Source: Limisphaerales bacterium (GTDB lineage: Bacteria; Verrucomicrobiota; Verrucomicrobiia; Limisphaerales; SXTU01). From it: 64,000 bases of DNA. A program made the translations under genes and the position numbers. Numbering within the stretch: the stretch's first letter is position 1; each line of letters opens with the position of its first letter. The stretch covers positions 138,805-202,804 of the forward strand of contig WRPG01000002.1 in the NCBI GenBank assembly GCA_009773355.1, written 5' to 3'. Below are positions 19,005 to 27,905 of this stretch, in pieces. The notes beneath the pieces are model-generated. The model did no database searches. It was not told the DNA's origin and saw only the letters and a list, made by a program, of their open reading frames with translations.

Positions 19005-19699
19005 GCGGTGCGCGGGCCGCAGGCCAGGCCGATGACGTATTGGGACATCGGGAAGTAGCCGGTGTGGACCACCTCGTCGTTCATGGAGAAGACGAAGACG
19101 TTGTGAAAGTGCCGCAGGAGCAGCGCCTTCATCGCGGGGCCGTCCTTGCAGTTGACGTGGCCGGCCTTGCTCGCGGCGCTGGCATAAACTTGCGAGTTGG
19201 CTGAAGGGCAGCCCAGCACCAGCACGCCGTGCGGCTGGAGCGAGGCGGCGATGTTCCCCACGAACCGGTCCTCGACCGCGGCCGGGATGTGCTCGACGAC
19301 GTCCATCGCGTAAGCCCCGTCAAACGTGCCGGGACACGGGCCGGCGATCATGTCGTGGAGGAACACGTCGAACTTCCAGCGGCCTTCCTCCATGCGCTGC
19401 TGCACGTCCGCGACGAACACGGGGTCGAAGTCGGTGGCCGTGAGCTTGCCGACCTCCTGCTGCACGATGCGCGTGCCGAAGGCGTCCGCGCAGCCAACTT
19501 CCAGCACATGGGCGCAGCCACTGAGCATCTTGGCGGCGAACTTGTAGCGCGAGGTGAGGAACGCGAGGTGGCGCGGGTCGTGGTGCCACATGTAGTTCAC
19601 CATGAGGCCGAGCTGGGTGCGGCCCTGGCGGCGCTCCAAGTCCAGGCAGCACTGGTATTGCGGTTCCTTCGTCTCGGGTTGGGGAGTTGGGTCGCTCAT
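19001..19699 (-). CDS. Class I SAM methyltransferase
   Basis: VLEVGCADAFG, DVVEHI; ATGA overlap with the next gene. Confidence 0.82.
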   Translation of the reverse strand: MSDPTPQPETKEPQYQCCLDLERRQGRTQLGLMVNYMWHHDPRHLAFLTSRYKFAAKMLSGCAHVLEVGCADAFGTRIVQQEVGKLTATDFDPVFVADVQQRMEEGRWKFDVFLHDMIAGPCPGTFDGAYAMDVVEHIPAAVEDRFVGNIAASLQPHGVLVLGCPSANSQVYASAASKAGHVNCKDGPAMKALLLRHFHNVFVFSMNDEVVHTGYFPMSQYVIGLACGPRTA

Positions 19700-19709
19700 G
19701 GCGGGCAAG

Positions 19710-20369
19710 TCATTTGAAGCAGACAAAATCCCAGTCGCCGGTGTAGCCGGTCTGCTGGAAGATGAATTCCCATTCCTCGGGGCGGAAGAAGCATTCGCAG
19801 GTGAGCTGCCAATACATCAGGTTCACCTTCTCGCGCTCGTTCAGGTAGGAGTCCATCACGATGAACTTGTGTCGCCGGCCCACGCGCTCGATCTCGCGCA
19901 GCGCCTGGAAGAGCTGCGGCAGCGCGAGGTTGTGCAGCGTGTTGATGGAGAGCACCAGGTCGAAACTCTTGTCCGCATACGCCGAGAGGTCCGCCGCCGT
20001 GCCGGTGCGGAGGAAGGGCTTCACGTCGTCCATCGCGTTCGCAATCGCGTAGTCGGAGATGTCCAGGCCGAACGCCTCCATGCCTTCCGCCCGGAAGTCA
20101 TGCACCACGAAACCCTTCGCGCAGCCGATGTCCAGCACGCGGTCGCCGGGCTTGAGGCCGTAGTGCGCGATCAGCTTGCGCGCGAAGGCCACCCAGCGTC
20201 CGTCATACTTGAACCCGCCGTAGCCATAGCGCCGGTCGCCGTCGAAGTATTCCTGCCCGAACCGCTTCGACACCGTGGCGCACTCGGCCTTGTCGTAGTC
20301 CACGACGCGCTGCACGTAGTTGCGCTTCGTCGCGTTGTGGATGCCGGAGATGAAGTCGAGTTTCGCCAT
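19710..20369 (-). CDS. Class I SAM methyltransferase
   Basis: YFDGDRRYGYGG, VLDIGCAKGF, FDLVLSINTLHNL. Confidence 0.85.
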   Translation of the reverse strand: MAKLDFISGIHNATKRNYVQRVVDYDKAECATVSKRFGQEYFDGDRRYGYGGFKYDGRWVAFARKLIAHYGLKPGDRVLDIGCAKGFVVHDFRAEGMEAFGLDISDYAIANAMDDVKPFLRTGTAADLSAYADKSFDLVLSINTLHNLALPQLFQALREIERVGRRHKFIVMDSYLNEREKVNLMYWQLTCECFFRPEEWEFIFQQTGYTGDWDFVCFK

Positions 20370-20381
20370 GCGCGGGAGCGG

Positions 20382-21308
20382 TCAGCCGGCCAGTTCCGCC
20401 ACTTCCTGGAAGATCACCGCCGGGTCCAGGCCGTGGGCCTTGAGCAGGTCATAGTGCGAGCCATAGACGTGGATGAACTCATCCTTCAGCGAATACGTGC
20501 GCAGCCGGCAACGCGCGCCGCTGTCCCACGCAATCGCCTTCACCTGCGGACCCAGCCCGCCGAACGGCGCGTGCTCCTCCAGCACCACGACCGTCTTGAA
20601 CTTCGCCAGCAGCGCGCGGATGCCGGGCTCGTCCAGCGGCTTGAGGCTGTGGACGGAGACGACGGCGGTGGAGAGGTTCTTCTCCCTTTCCAACTTCGCC
20701 GCGAGTTCACAGGCCATCTTCGTGATCGGCCCGTAGGTGAGGAAGCACACGTCCGTGCCACCCCGGATGCAGCGCACCTTGCCAAACTGAAACGGTTCCG
20801 GCGCGGCCGCCGTGAGATCCGGCTCGCCCGCCTTGCCCAGCCGCAGATAGACCGGCCCGGTGACACCCATGCTCGCCTTGGTCACGGCGGCGGACTCCGC
20901 AGGGTCGCAGGGCGCGAGCACCGTCATGTGCGGGATGGCGCTCATGAGCGCGACGTCTTCCTGCGCGTGGTGTGTGCTGCCGAGCGTGGAGTAATTCACG
21001 CCGCCGCCCACGCCGACGAGCTTCACCGGCAGATTCTGGTAGCAGCAGTCCAGCCGCACCTGCTCGAACGGCCGGTAGATGGTGAACGTGGCGATGGTGT
21101 AGGCAAACGGCACCATGCCGCGCAGCGCCAGCCCCGCGCACATGCCCACCATGATCTGCTCGGCCACGCCGACGTTGATGAAGCGCTCCGGCGATTCCTT
21201 CTGGAAGGAGGCCACGCCCGCCGCCGCGGTGATGTCCGCGACCACGAGGCAGATGCGCCGATCGTTTTTGGCGAGGTCGTAGAAGGCGTTGGCGAAGGCG
21301 TTTCTCAC
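20382..21308 (-). CDS. Transketolase-like, pyrimidine-binding/C-terminal subunit
   Basis: RFINVGVAEQ, GSTHHAQED, YLRLGK, KPLD, EEH; GTG start overlaps the stop of the N-terminal subunit. Confidence 0.88.
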   Translation of the reverse strand: MRNAFANAFYDLAKNDRRICLVVADITAAAGVASFQKESPERFINVGVAEQIMVGMCAGLALRGMVPFAYTIATFTIYRPFEQVRLDCCYQNLPVKLVGVGGGVNYSTLGSTHHAQEDVALMSAIPHMTVLAPCDPAESAAVTKASMGVTGPVYLRLGKAGEPDLTAAAPEPFQFGKVRCIRGGTDVCFLTYGPITKMACELAAKLEREKNLSTAVVSVHSLKPLDEPGIRALLAKFKTVVVLEEHAPFGGLGPQVKAIAWDSGARCRLRTYSLKDEFIHVYGSHYDLLKAHGLDPAVIFQEVAELAG

Positions 21309-22126
21309 GGGTTGCAACCCTCCACTTCCTTGATCGCTATCTGATACTCCTCCGCGTTCGGCGCGCGGTAGTGCCAGATCGGGACGTTCTCCATGTAGCT
21401 TACGCCCTTGCCCTTCGTCGTGCGGCCCAGCAGCACAAACGGCTTCGTGCCGCTGCGCGCCTTCACCGCGTCGTGGATCGCCTGGGGGTTGTGCCCGTCC
21501 ACCTCGACGCACTCCCACCCGAACGCCCGGAGCTTGTCGAGCATCGGGTAAAAATTCGGCAGCGTCTTGCTCGTCTGGCCCAGCGATTGAAAGTCGTTCA
21601 AGTCCACCAGCGCCACCAGCCGCGTGATGCCGAAGGACGGCGCGACCATCAACGCCTCCCACACGGAGCCTTCCTGCAGCTCGCCATCACTCATCACCAC
21701 GAAGATGTCGCGGGCCTTGGCGTTCAGCTTGTCCGCGTAGGCCATGCCCACCGCCAGCCCCAGCCCGTGCCCGAGCGACCCGGTCGAGGCCGCGATGCCC
21801 GGCGTGCCATAGTCGGGATGCGTCGCCAGCGGGAAGCCCGGCCGGCAGAAGTTCTCCAGCCACGCGGACGGGATGACGCCCAGTTCCTCCAGCACCACAT
21901 ACTGCGCGGGGGAACCGTGTCCCTTCGAGAGGACGAACGTGTCCTCCGTCTCGGGATCGCCCGTGCGGTGCATCAGGCCGAAGTAGCTCGTGGCCACCAG
22001 CTCCAGGCACGAGAAGGACGGCGCGATGTGCAGCGCGCCGACGGTCTGCGAGATGTCGAGGATGCGGCGCCGGTAGCGCTGGCAGCGGGCCTGGACGGCG
22101 GCCGCGTCAAAGGGTGGAGTCGCCAT
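21305..22126 (-). CDS. Transketolase-like, TPP-binding N-terminal subunit
   Basis: LSKGH, STGSLGHGL, SDGELQEGSVWEA, TTKGKGVSYME. Confidence 0.9.
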   Translation of the reverse strand: MATPPFDAAAVQARCQRYRRRILDISQTVGALHIAPSFSCLELVATSYFGLMHRTGDPETEDTFVLSKGHGSPAQYVVLEELGVIPSAWLENFCRPGFPLATHPDYGTPGIAASTGSLGHGLGLAVGMAYADKLNAKARDIFVVMSDGELQEGSVWEALMVAPSFGITRLVALVDLNDFQSLGQTSKTLPNFYPMLDKLRAFGWECVEVDGHNPQAIHDAVKARSGTKPFVLLGRTTKGKGVSYMENVPIWHYRAPNAEEYQIAIKEVEGCNP

Positions 22127-22133
22127 GGTCTGC

Positions 22134-23126
22134 CTACGTGCGGAGGACGTAGCCTGTGGGCACGTCGCGGATTTGGTCGAGATACTGGCGGCCCCAGGCG
22201 ATCATTTCCTGGACGCCTTCCTCAATGCTGATCTGCGCCTCCCAGCCGACGTCCTGCTTGATCGCGCTGCTGTCCAGCCAATACCGGCTGTCTTGCCCCA
22301 GCCGGTCGGGCACCACCTCGCAAAGCTGCTCGAAGGGCATCGGGAACCCCTCGGCCACCTTCGCCACGAGGTTGCGGATCGAGATCGGGAGCGGCGGGCC
22401 GGCGTTATAGACCTTGCCCAGCGGGGCTTTCTCGGAGACGAGCAGGATCGCCCGGGCCAGGTCGCGCGCGTGGATGTAGGACTTCTCCGCGCGCCCACCG
22501 CCTTGGAGCGGGAGCTTCTGCCCGGTGAGGCCGCACAGCACGGCGCGCGGGATCACGCGGTGCAGGAGCTGGCCGGGGCAGTAGGCGTTCGAGGGGCGGA
22601 TGATGTTCATGCGGAACTTGAGCACGTTCGCCACGGACATCAGGTAGAGGTCGAAGGCCGCCTTGGACGCGGCGTAAGGGCTGGTGGGCTGGAGCGGCGT
22701 GGTCTCCTTCGCCGCGAAATTCACCGAGCCGTAAAGCTCGCTGGTGCCGATCTGGATGAAGCGCTCCATGTAGTCGCGTTTCATCAGGTCCTCGCTCATC
22801 TTCGTGAGCGCCACGCAGTTGGTCTCGAAGAAGCGCCAGGATTTCTTCCACGACACCGCGCCCTCGCCCTGCGCCGCGTAGCTGATGATCACCTCGGGCT
22901 TCTCGGCGTCGAACAGCTCGAACAGCCGGTCCTGCTCGTGGACGAGGTGGATCTGGTGGTAGGCGTAGCGCGGGTCGCCCTTGCCCACGTTCAGGGAGAA
23001 TGGCTCGGGCTTCTCCGGGTTGCGGCCCACGCAGATGACCTTGCGGGCGTCGGCATTGGCGAGCAGATACAGCGCCGTGTGGATGCCGAAGGAGCCGCCG
23101 CCGCCGAGGATCACGTAGGTCTTCAT
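22134..23126 (-). CDS. NDP-sugar 4,6-dehydratase-like SDR
   Basis: GGGGSFG, GTSELYGS, PTSPYAASK, DRLGQDSRY. Confidence 0.82.
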   Translation of the reverse strand: MKTYVILGGGGSFGIHTALYLLANADARKVICVGRNPEKPEPFSLNVGKGDPRYAYHQIHLVHEQDRLFELFDAEKPEVIISYAAQGEGAVSWKKSWRFFETNCVALTKMSEDLMKRDYMERFIQIGTSELYGSVNFAAKETTPLQPTSPYAASKAAFDLYLMSVANVLKFRMNIIRPSNAYCPGQLLHRVIPRAVLCGLTGQKLPLQGGGRAEKSYIHARDLARAILLVSEKAPLGKVYNAGPPLPISIRNLVAKVAEGFPMPFEQLCEVVPDRLGQDSRYWLDSSAIKQDVGWEAQISIEEGVQEMIAWGRQYLDQIRDVPTGYVLRT

Positions 23127-23184
23127 TTGGTTTGTTTGCCGGGCTGCCGCCCGCCTGCAACGGGCCGGCGAAAGGGGGCTGTAA

Positions 23185-23643
23185 CTAGCGCGGTTTGGCC
23201 GGACGGTAAAGCTTCTTTTGGGCCGCCAACGCGAGATCCCAGACCTCGGTGAGATAGTCCGGCATGGGGTGCTGGCCGATCTCCGCGCGAGGAACGAAAC
23301 GCACCTCCTGCCCCTCATAACAGAACACCGGGCTGACCCCGTCATAATCCGCGCGCCAGAAACTCAACCGAAACTCCCGCCCCGTGTCCGGGCTGAGGTA
23401 GTCGAACTCGGTCAACGGCTCCAGCGTCGCGCAGTCGTAACCCGTCTCCTCCAGAAACTCCCGCCGGGCGCAGGCCTGGCAGGTTTCGTCCGGCTCGCAA
23501 TGACCGCCGGGAAACACCCACAACCCCGCCGCGCTCAGGCCCGGCTTGTCGTCCCGGTGCTGGAGCAGTGCCGCTCCATCCGCCCGCAGCAGAACCACGC
23601 CGCCGATGCGCGGACGTTCGGGGGCGGAAACCGGATTGGCCAT
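23185..23643 (-). CDS. NUDIX hydrolase
   Basis: Nudix box GGHCEPDETCQACARREFLEETG. Confidence 0.85.
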   Translation of the reverse strand: MANPVSAPERPRIGGVVLLRADGAALLQHRDDKPGLSAAGLWVFPGGHCEPDETCQACARREFLEETGYDCATLEPLTEFDYLSPDTGREFRLSFWRADYDGVSPVFCYEGQEVRFVPRAEIGQHPMPDYLTEVWDLALAAQKKLYRPAKPR

Positions 23644-23653
23644 GATGAAGGGT

Positions 23654-24550
23654 TTAGCCGGCGACCAGTTCATCCCGCATCTCCGCCAGGCCCTGCGCCA
23701 GCGGGCGGCATTGGAAGTCGGGGAACTCTCGCCGCAGCCGGGCGACGTCAAAATGCCGGTGCGTGATGATCGCTCCGGGGGCGCGCGGCTGGCGGATGAT
23801 TTCCACCGGACGCGGGCAAAGCCGCGCGATGACCTGCGCGACTTCGAGGAAGGAAACGGACTGGCCGGTCGCGGCGTTCAGCGCGCCCTCCGTGCGTCGG
23901 GTGAGGCACAGGGCTATCAGCCGTGACAAGTCGCGCGCGTGGATGTGGTCGCGTTGTTCCTCGCCGTCGCCAAACAGCGCAATGCGCCCGTCCTTGAGCG
24001 CCGTGCGGAGGAAGCGGTTCGGGCCATAGCTGTTGTGTGTGTCGCCCGGGCCATAGACGGCGCACGGGCGGACGATGCACAGCGGCGTCTTTGCCACGGC
24101 GGCGGAGTGCAGCAGCATCTCCTCGCGCGCGGCGTGCATCTTGCCGTAGAGGCCGATGCCCGCGCGCGGCGTCGCCTCGGTGAAGGGGGCCGGCTGATCT
24201 TCAAACACCGCGTCCGAGCTGAGGTAAATGATCTGCGTGCAGGGCGACGACTCGATGGCGGCGCACACGTTGGCGGCCATGGTCAGGTTCCGCATGAAGG
24301 TCCGCACGTCCTTGCCCTTCTCCGGCGTGAGCGCCGAAGTCATCACCAGCGCATCGTCTGGGCGCAGGCGCACGCGGAGCTGGCTGGCCGTGTCGGGTTG
24401 AAGCAAATCCACCCGGGCGGAACCAATCACCTCCACCGCCATGCCTTGTGCCGGGAGGAACTGCGCGAGGTCGCGCGCGATGAACCCGTTCGCTCCGAGG
24501 ATGACGACGCGGGCGGGGTTTCGGGGCGTGGCGTTGTGGTGCGTGAGCAT
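23654..24550 (-). CDS. NAD-dependent epimerase/dehydratase (SDR)
   Basis: GANGFIA, SSDAVF, YGKMH, YGPNRF; paralog of the adjacent gene. Confidence 0.82.
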   Translation of the reverse strand: MLTHHNATPRNPARVVILGANGFIARDLAQFLPAQGMAVEVIGSARVDLLQPDTASQLRVRLRPDDALVMTSALTPEKGKDVRTFMRNLTMAANVCAAIESSPCTQIIYLSSDAVFEDQPAPFTEATPRAGIGLYGKMHAAREEMLLHSAAVAKTPLCIVRPCAVYGPGDTHNSYGPNRFLRTALKDGRIALFGDGEEQRDHIHARDLSRLIALCLTRRTEGALNAATGQSVSFLEVAQVIARLCPRPVEIIRQPRAPGAIITHRHFDVARLRREFPDFQCRPLAQGLAEMRDELVAG

Positions 24551-24561
24551 GGCGTGGCGGG

Positions 24562-25446
24562 TCAACGCGAGTCGGTGGCGCGCATCCGCTCCAGACCCGC
24601 GCGCAGGTCCACGGGGGTAAAATCAGGAAACAGCCGGCGCAGCAACGAGGCATCGAAGGACCGGTAGCCGCCGTGGGGCATCGGCCCCTGACGCGGCGAA
24701 CCCGTCACCCTCACGCGCGGCTCGAACAGCGTCGCCGCCAGCTCCGCAACCGTGCGGAAGCTTGTGACGGTGCCGCTGATCGCGTTCACCACGCCGGTCG
24801 CGCGGTGCACCACACAGCGTCGGACAATCTCCGCCACGTCCTCGATGCAGATGTGATCGCGCTGCTCCTCGCCCTCGCCAAAGAGCACGATGTCCTTGCC
24901 CGAACGCGCCAGCCGCAGGAAGCGGTTCGGCCCGTAGCCGTTGTGCGGATCGCCCGGCCCGAAGATCAGCGTCGGCCGCACGATGGCCAGCGGGATGCCG
25001 GGCAGCTCGGACTTGAGCATGACTTCACGGGCAAGGTGCATCACGCCGTGCAGCGACCCCGGCTCGGCCGGCGAGGCCTCGGTCATCGGCGCGCGCGAGT
25101 CCGCATAGACCGCGTCCGAACTGACATAGACGAGATGTGCGACCGGCTGCGCCTTCACTGCCTCGATGGCCGCCTGCATCATGCGCAGGTTGTCCAGGAG
25201 CATCGCGGGGTTCTTCACCGGCGCGAGCGCGGAGGTGAGCACGAGCGTGGTGCTGCTGGTGAGCTGCGCGGCCAATCGCTGCGCGGCGTCAGACGCGAGC
25301 AGGTCCACTTCCTTGCGCGTGAGTGGCACGATTTCCACGCCATCGCGCCGCAGCCGCGCGAGCGTCGCGCGGCCGACAAAGCCGCCCGCGCCCATGATGA
25401 CGACCCGCGCAGGCGGCGTGCCCTGCAGTTGATTAAGCGTAAGCAT
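24562..25446 (-). CDS. NAD-dependent epimerase/dehydratase (SDR)
   Basis: GAGGFVG, SSDAVY, HGVMH in place of YxxxK, YGPNRF. Confidence 0.82.
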   Translation of the reverse strand: MLTLNQLQGTPPARVVIMGAGGFVGRATLARLRRDGVEIVPLTRKEVDLLASDAAQRLAAQLTSSTTLVLTSALAPVKNPAMLLDNLRMMQAAIEAVKAQPVAHLVYVSSDAVYADSRAPMTEASPAEPGSLHGVMHLAREVMLKSELPGIPLAIVRPTLIFGPGDPHNGYGPNRFLRLARSGKDIVLFGEGEEQRDHICIEDVAEIVRRCVVHRATGVVNAISGTVTSFRTVAELAATLFEPRVRVTGSPRQGPMPHGGYRSFDASLLRRLFPDFTPVDLRAGLERMRATDSR

Positions 25447-25518
25447 AAGCGGCACGCCCGTCTCCGACCCGGAGCGTTCCCATTCGAAGTCCGCAACCGG
25501 GCAGAACGCCAACCGCCC

Positions 25519-25625
25519 CGGAGCGCGACCCTCTGGGCCGCAGCGGCAGCCTGACAGAAAGAGCCGCGGACATTCCCACGTCATTCCCTGCTGCCAGCCG
25601 CTGCGGCCCAGAGGGCCGCGCTCCG
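25519..25625. repeat. GGAG-type REP doublet
   Basis: cggagcgcgaccctctgggccgcagcggc ... gccgctgcggcccagagggccgcgctccg, near-perfect 29-bp inverted repeat. Confidence 0.8.
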
Positions 25626-25686
25626 CAGCCAGTGCGCGGACGCACCCCGCGTCGCACACCTTCCGCTTCACGTTTTACGTTCCGCT

Positions 25687-26994
25687 TCATTTCATTCCCC
25701 CGCCCGCCCCCAGCCTTGGCGACGCGCCGAGCTGGTAGTAGTCAAATCCCAGCGCCGCCGCCTGCTCGCCGTCCAGCACCCCGAACGGGTCCAGCAGGAT
25801 GTTCCCCGGCATCGCCGCGCGGATGTCTGCCAAATTCAGCTTCCGAAACTCCGGCCACGGCGTGGGAATCACGAGCGCGTGCGCGCCGCGACAGGCATCC
25901 AGCGCGGTGTCGCATTGGCTGAACTGCGGATACGCGCCCGCCGGCAGCCGCACGACGGGGTCGTAGGCCTGCTTGCGGCATTCGGAGATGCCCGCGACGA
26001 ACTGGAGCGACGGCGAGTTCTTCGTCGAGTGCGTGTTCTCCTTGTAGGCGAGGCCCAGCACCGCGACGGTCGCGCGCGCGAGCGGGAGGGCGCGGCGTGC
26101 GCAGGCCTCGCGGAAAGTGCGGGCGGTCCAGTCCTTCCGGTGCGCGCTGTTGCGCTGCCACGCGTCCACGATGCCCGTGTCCGCCAGCGATCCTTCCGCG
26201 AGCCGCTTCACCGTGACAAGGTCGCGCTCCAGGTTGCCGCCGGCGATGCCGAGGCCGGGCGCGAGATACGCCTTCGGGCCGATGCGCGCGTCGAGGCGCA
26301 GGGCGGGGGCGATCTCCGCCCAGTCCGCGCCAATGTGTTCGCAAACCTCCGCGAGCGTGTTCGTGGTGGCCACGGAGGAGACGAGGAAGCAGTTGATGGC
26401 AATCTTCGCCAGCTCCGCGCTCTCATAGCGCATCGCGAGCACCGGGCAGCCGAAAGCCGCCAGCCAGCGCGCGTAGTCCGGCGGCAGCGGGGTGCGCGGG
26501 TCCGCGCAGCCGACGATGTGGCGCTCGGGCTGGAGCGCGCGCGCGATGGCGTTGCCGAAGACGAGCGTCTCGACCTGATAGTGCAACGCGCCGCCCAGGC
26601 GCGGGCCTTGCGCGGCCAGCGTGCGGGTGAAGCCGGGCGGCACCTGGCAGAGAATCACCGCCGTCGCGTCCGGCGCGAGCTGCGGAGCCGTGTGCGCGAG
26701 CAACTGTCGGAGCGGGCCGAGGTCGCTGCGGTTCGCCGCGTCGGTCGGCACGTCGAGCGAGTAGAAGACGACGCGGCACTTCGCCAGCGCGGCGGGGTCC
26801 GGCGTGAAGTTGAGCTTCGCCTTGTGCGCGGCGAAGAGGTCATCAAGCCCTGGTTCGGAAACGGGGAACTGTCCTTGCCCCAGCCGCTCGCACAGCGCGG
26901 CATCGCGATCAAACCCGACCACGTCAAACCCCTTCGCCGCCGTGGCGAGGCCATGGACGATGCCGAGATGCGAGAGGCCGACGAAGCCAATCAT
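25687..26994 (-). CDS. UDP-glucose/GDP-mannose dehydrogenase family protein (non-canonical)
   Basis: GLSHLG, SAELAKIAINCFL, DARIG, LGLAYKENTHSTKNSP; canonical catalytic Cys position reads GGNLERD. Confidence 0.85.
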   Translation of the reverse strand: MIGFVGLSHLGIVHGLATAAKGFDVVGFDRDAALCERLGQGQFPVSEPGLDDLFAAHKAKLNFTPDPAALAKCRVVFYSLDVPTDAANRSDLGPLRQLLAHTAPQLAPDATAVILCQVPPGFTRTLAAQGPRLGGALHYQVETLVFGNAIARALQPERHIVGCADPRTPLPPDYARWLAAFGCPVLAMRYESAELAKIAINCFLVSSVATTNTLAEVCEHIGADWAEIAPALRLDARIGPKAYLAPGLGIAGGNLERDLVTVKRLAEGSLADTGIVDAWQRNSAHRKDWTARTFREACARRALPLARATVAVLGLAYKENTHSTKNSPSLQFVAGISECRKQAYDPVVRLPAGAYPQFSQCDTALDACRGAHALVIPTPWPEFRKLNLADIRAAMPGNILLDPFGVLDGEQAAALGFDYYQLGASPRLGAGGGMK

Positions 26995-27905
26995 GGCGGG
27001 GGAAGTTGAGTTTTCAGCGCATCGAGGTGCGCGCCAATCCACAGGTCGTTGTCCCAGTTCGTCCCGCCGGTGCGGGCGAGCGCGAGGAAGTGGTCATGCT
27101 CCAGCCTCCACGTCGGGTCGGGCTGCTCCAGCGTCTCGATCGTTTCCTCCGGCCGGCCGCTGGGGAAGATACGTTTGCGCACCGTGAGCGTGCTCGGGCC
27201 CCACTTGCACAGGCACTGGATGTGCGCGCTGCCCAGCTCGCCGTAGAGATCGAGCGAGAAGGTGTTCCGCCATGAGAGCAGCGTGGCCTCCATCTCCCAG
27301 ACCGCCGGCCCGTCGAAGCCGTAGATCACATGGTCAGGGGATTGGTTCTCAAAGCGGTTCGCGCTCCAGACGCGGCCGAAGTCCTCGCGCGCGCCAAAGA
27401 GGAAGTGCGCCATGTCGAGCATATGCGAGCCGAGGTCGGGCAGCACGCCCGCGCCCTGGTCGCGCCACGGGGAGTTGCGCACGTCCCGCGCCGTGCCGTT
27501 GCCGTAGAAGATGCGCGTGAGATAAACCCGGCCCAGCGCACCGGAATCCACGACCTGCTTCACCTTGGCAATGTGCGGCTCGAAGCGATGATTGTAAGCC
27601 GTGTAAGCCGCCGCCTTCGTGCGCTGCGCGTGTGCGATCAGCTCCCGGATCTCGTTGGCCGGCGCGAGCAAGGGCTTCTCCACGAGCACATGCTTCCCGT
27701 TCGAGACCAGATGCCGGAGAATCGGGACCTTCGCGTCGTCCGGCACGCAGACACAGGCGGCGTCGTAGCGGTCGAGCGGGACTTCCTGGATGGTCTTGAA
27801 GTCCACGCCAGCAGCCACCGGGTCCACCACCGCCACCACGCGATCCCCCGCGACCGCACGGCGTTTGCGGCCCTGCACTCCGAGGCCGATGATGACGATT
27901 CTCAT
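26991..27905 (-). CDS. Gfo/Idh/MocA family oxidoreductase
   Basis: IIGLGVQG, HVLVEKP, YNHRF, DLGSHMLD. Confidence 0.88.
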   Translation of the reverse strand: MRIVIIGLGVQGRKRRAVAGDRVVAVVDPVAAGVDFKTIQEVPLDRYDAACVCVPDDAKVPILRHLVSNGKHVLVEKPLLAPANEIRELIAHAQRTKAAAYTAYNHRFEPHIAKVKQVVDSGALGRVYLTRIFYGNGTARDVRNSPWRDQGAGVLPDLGSHMLDMAHFLFGAREDFGRVWSANRFENQSPDHVIYGFDGPAVWEMEATLLSWRNTFSLDLYGELGSAHIQCLCKWGPSTLTVRKRIFPSGRPEETIETLEQPDPTWRLEHDHFLALARTGGTNWDNDLWIGAHLDALKTQLPPP

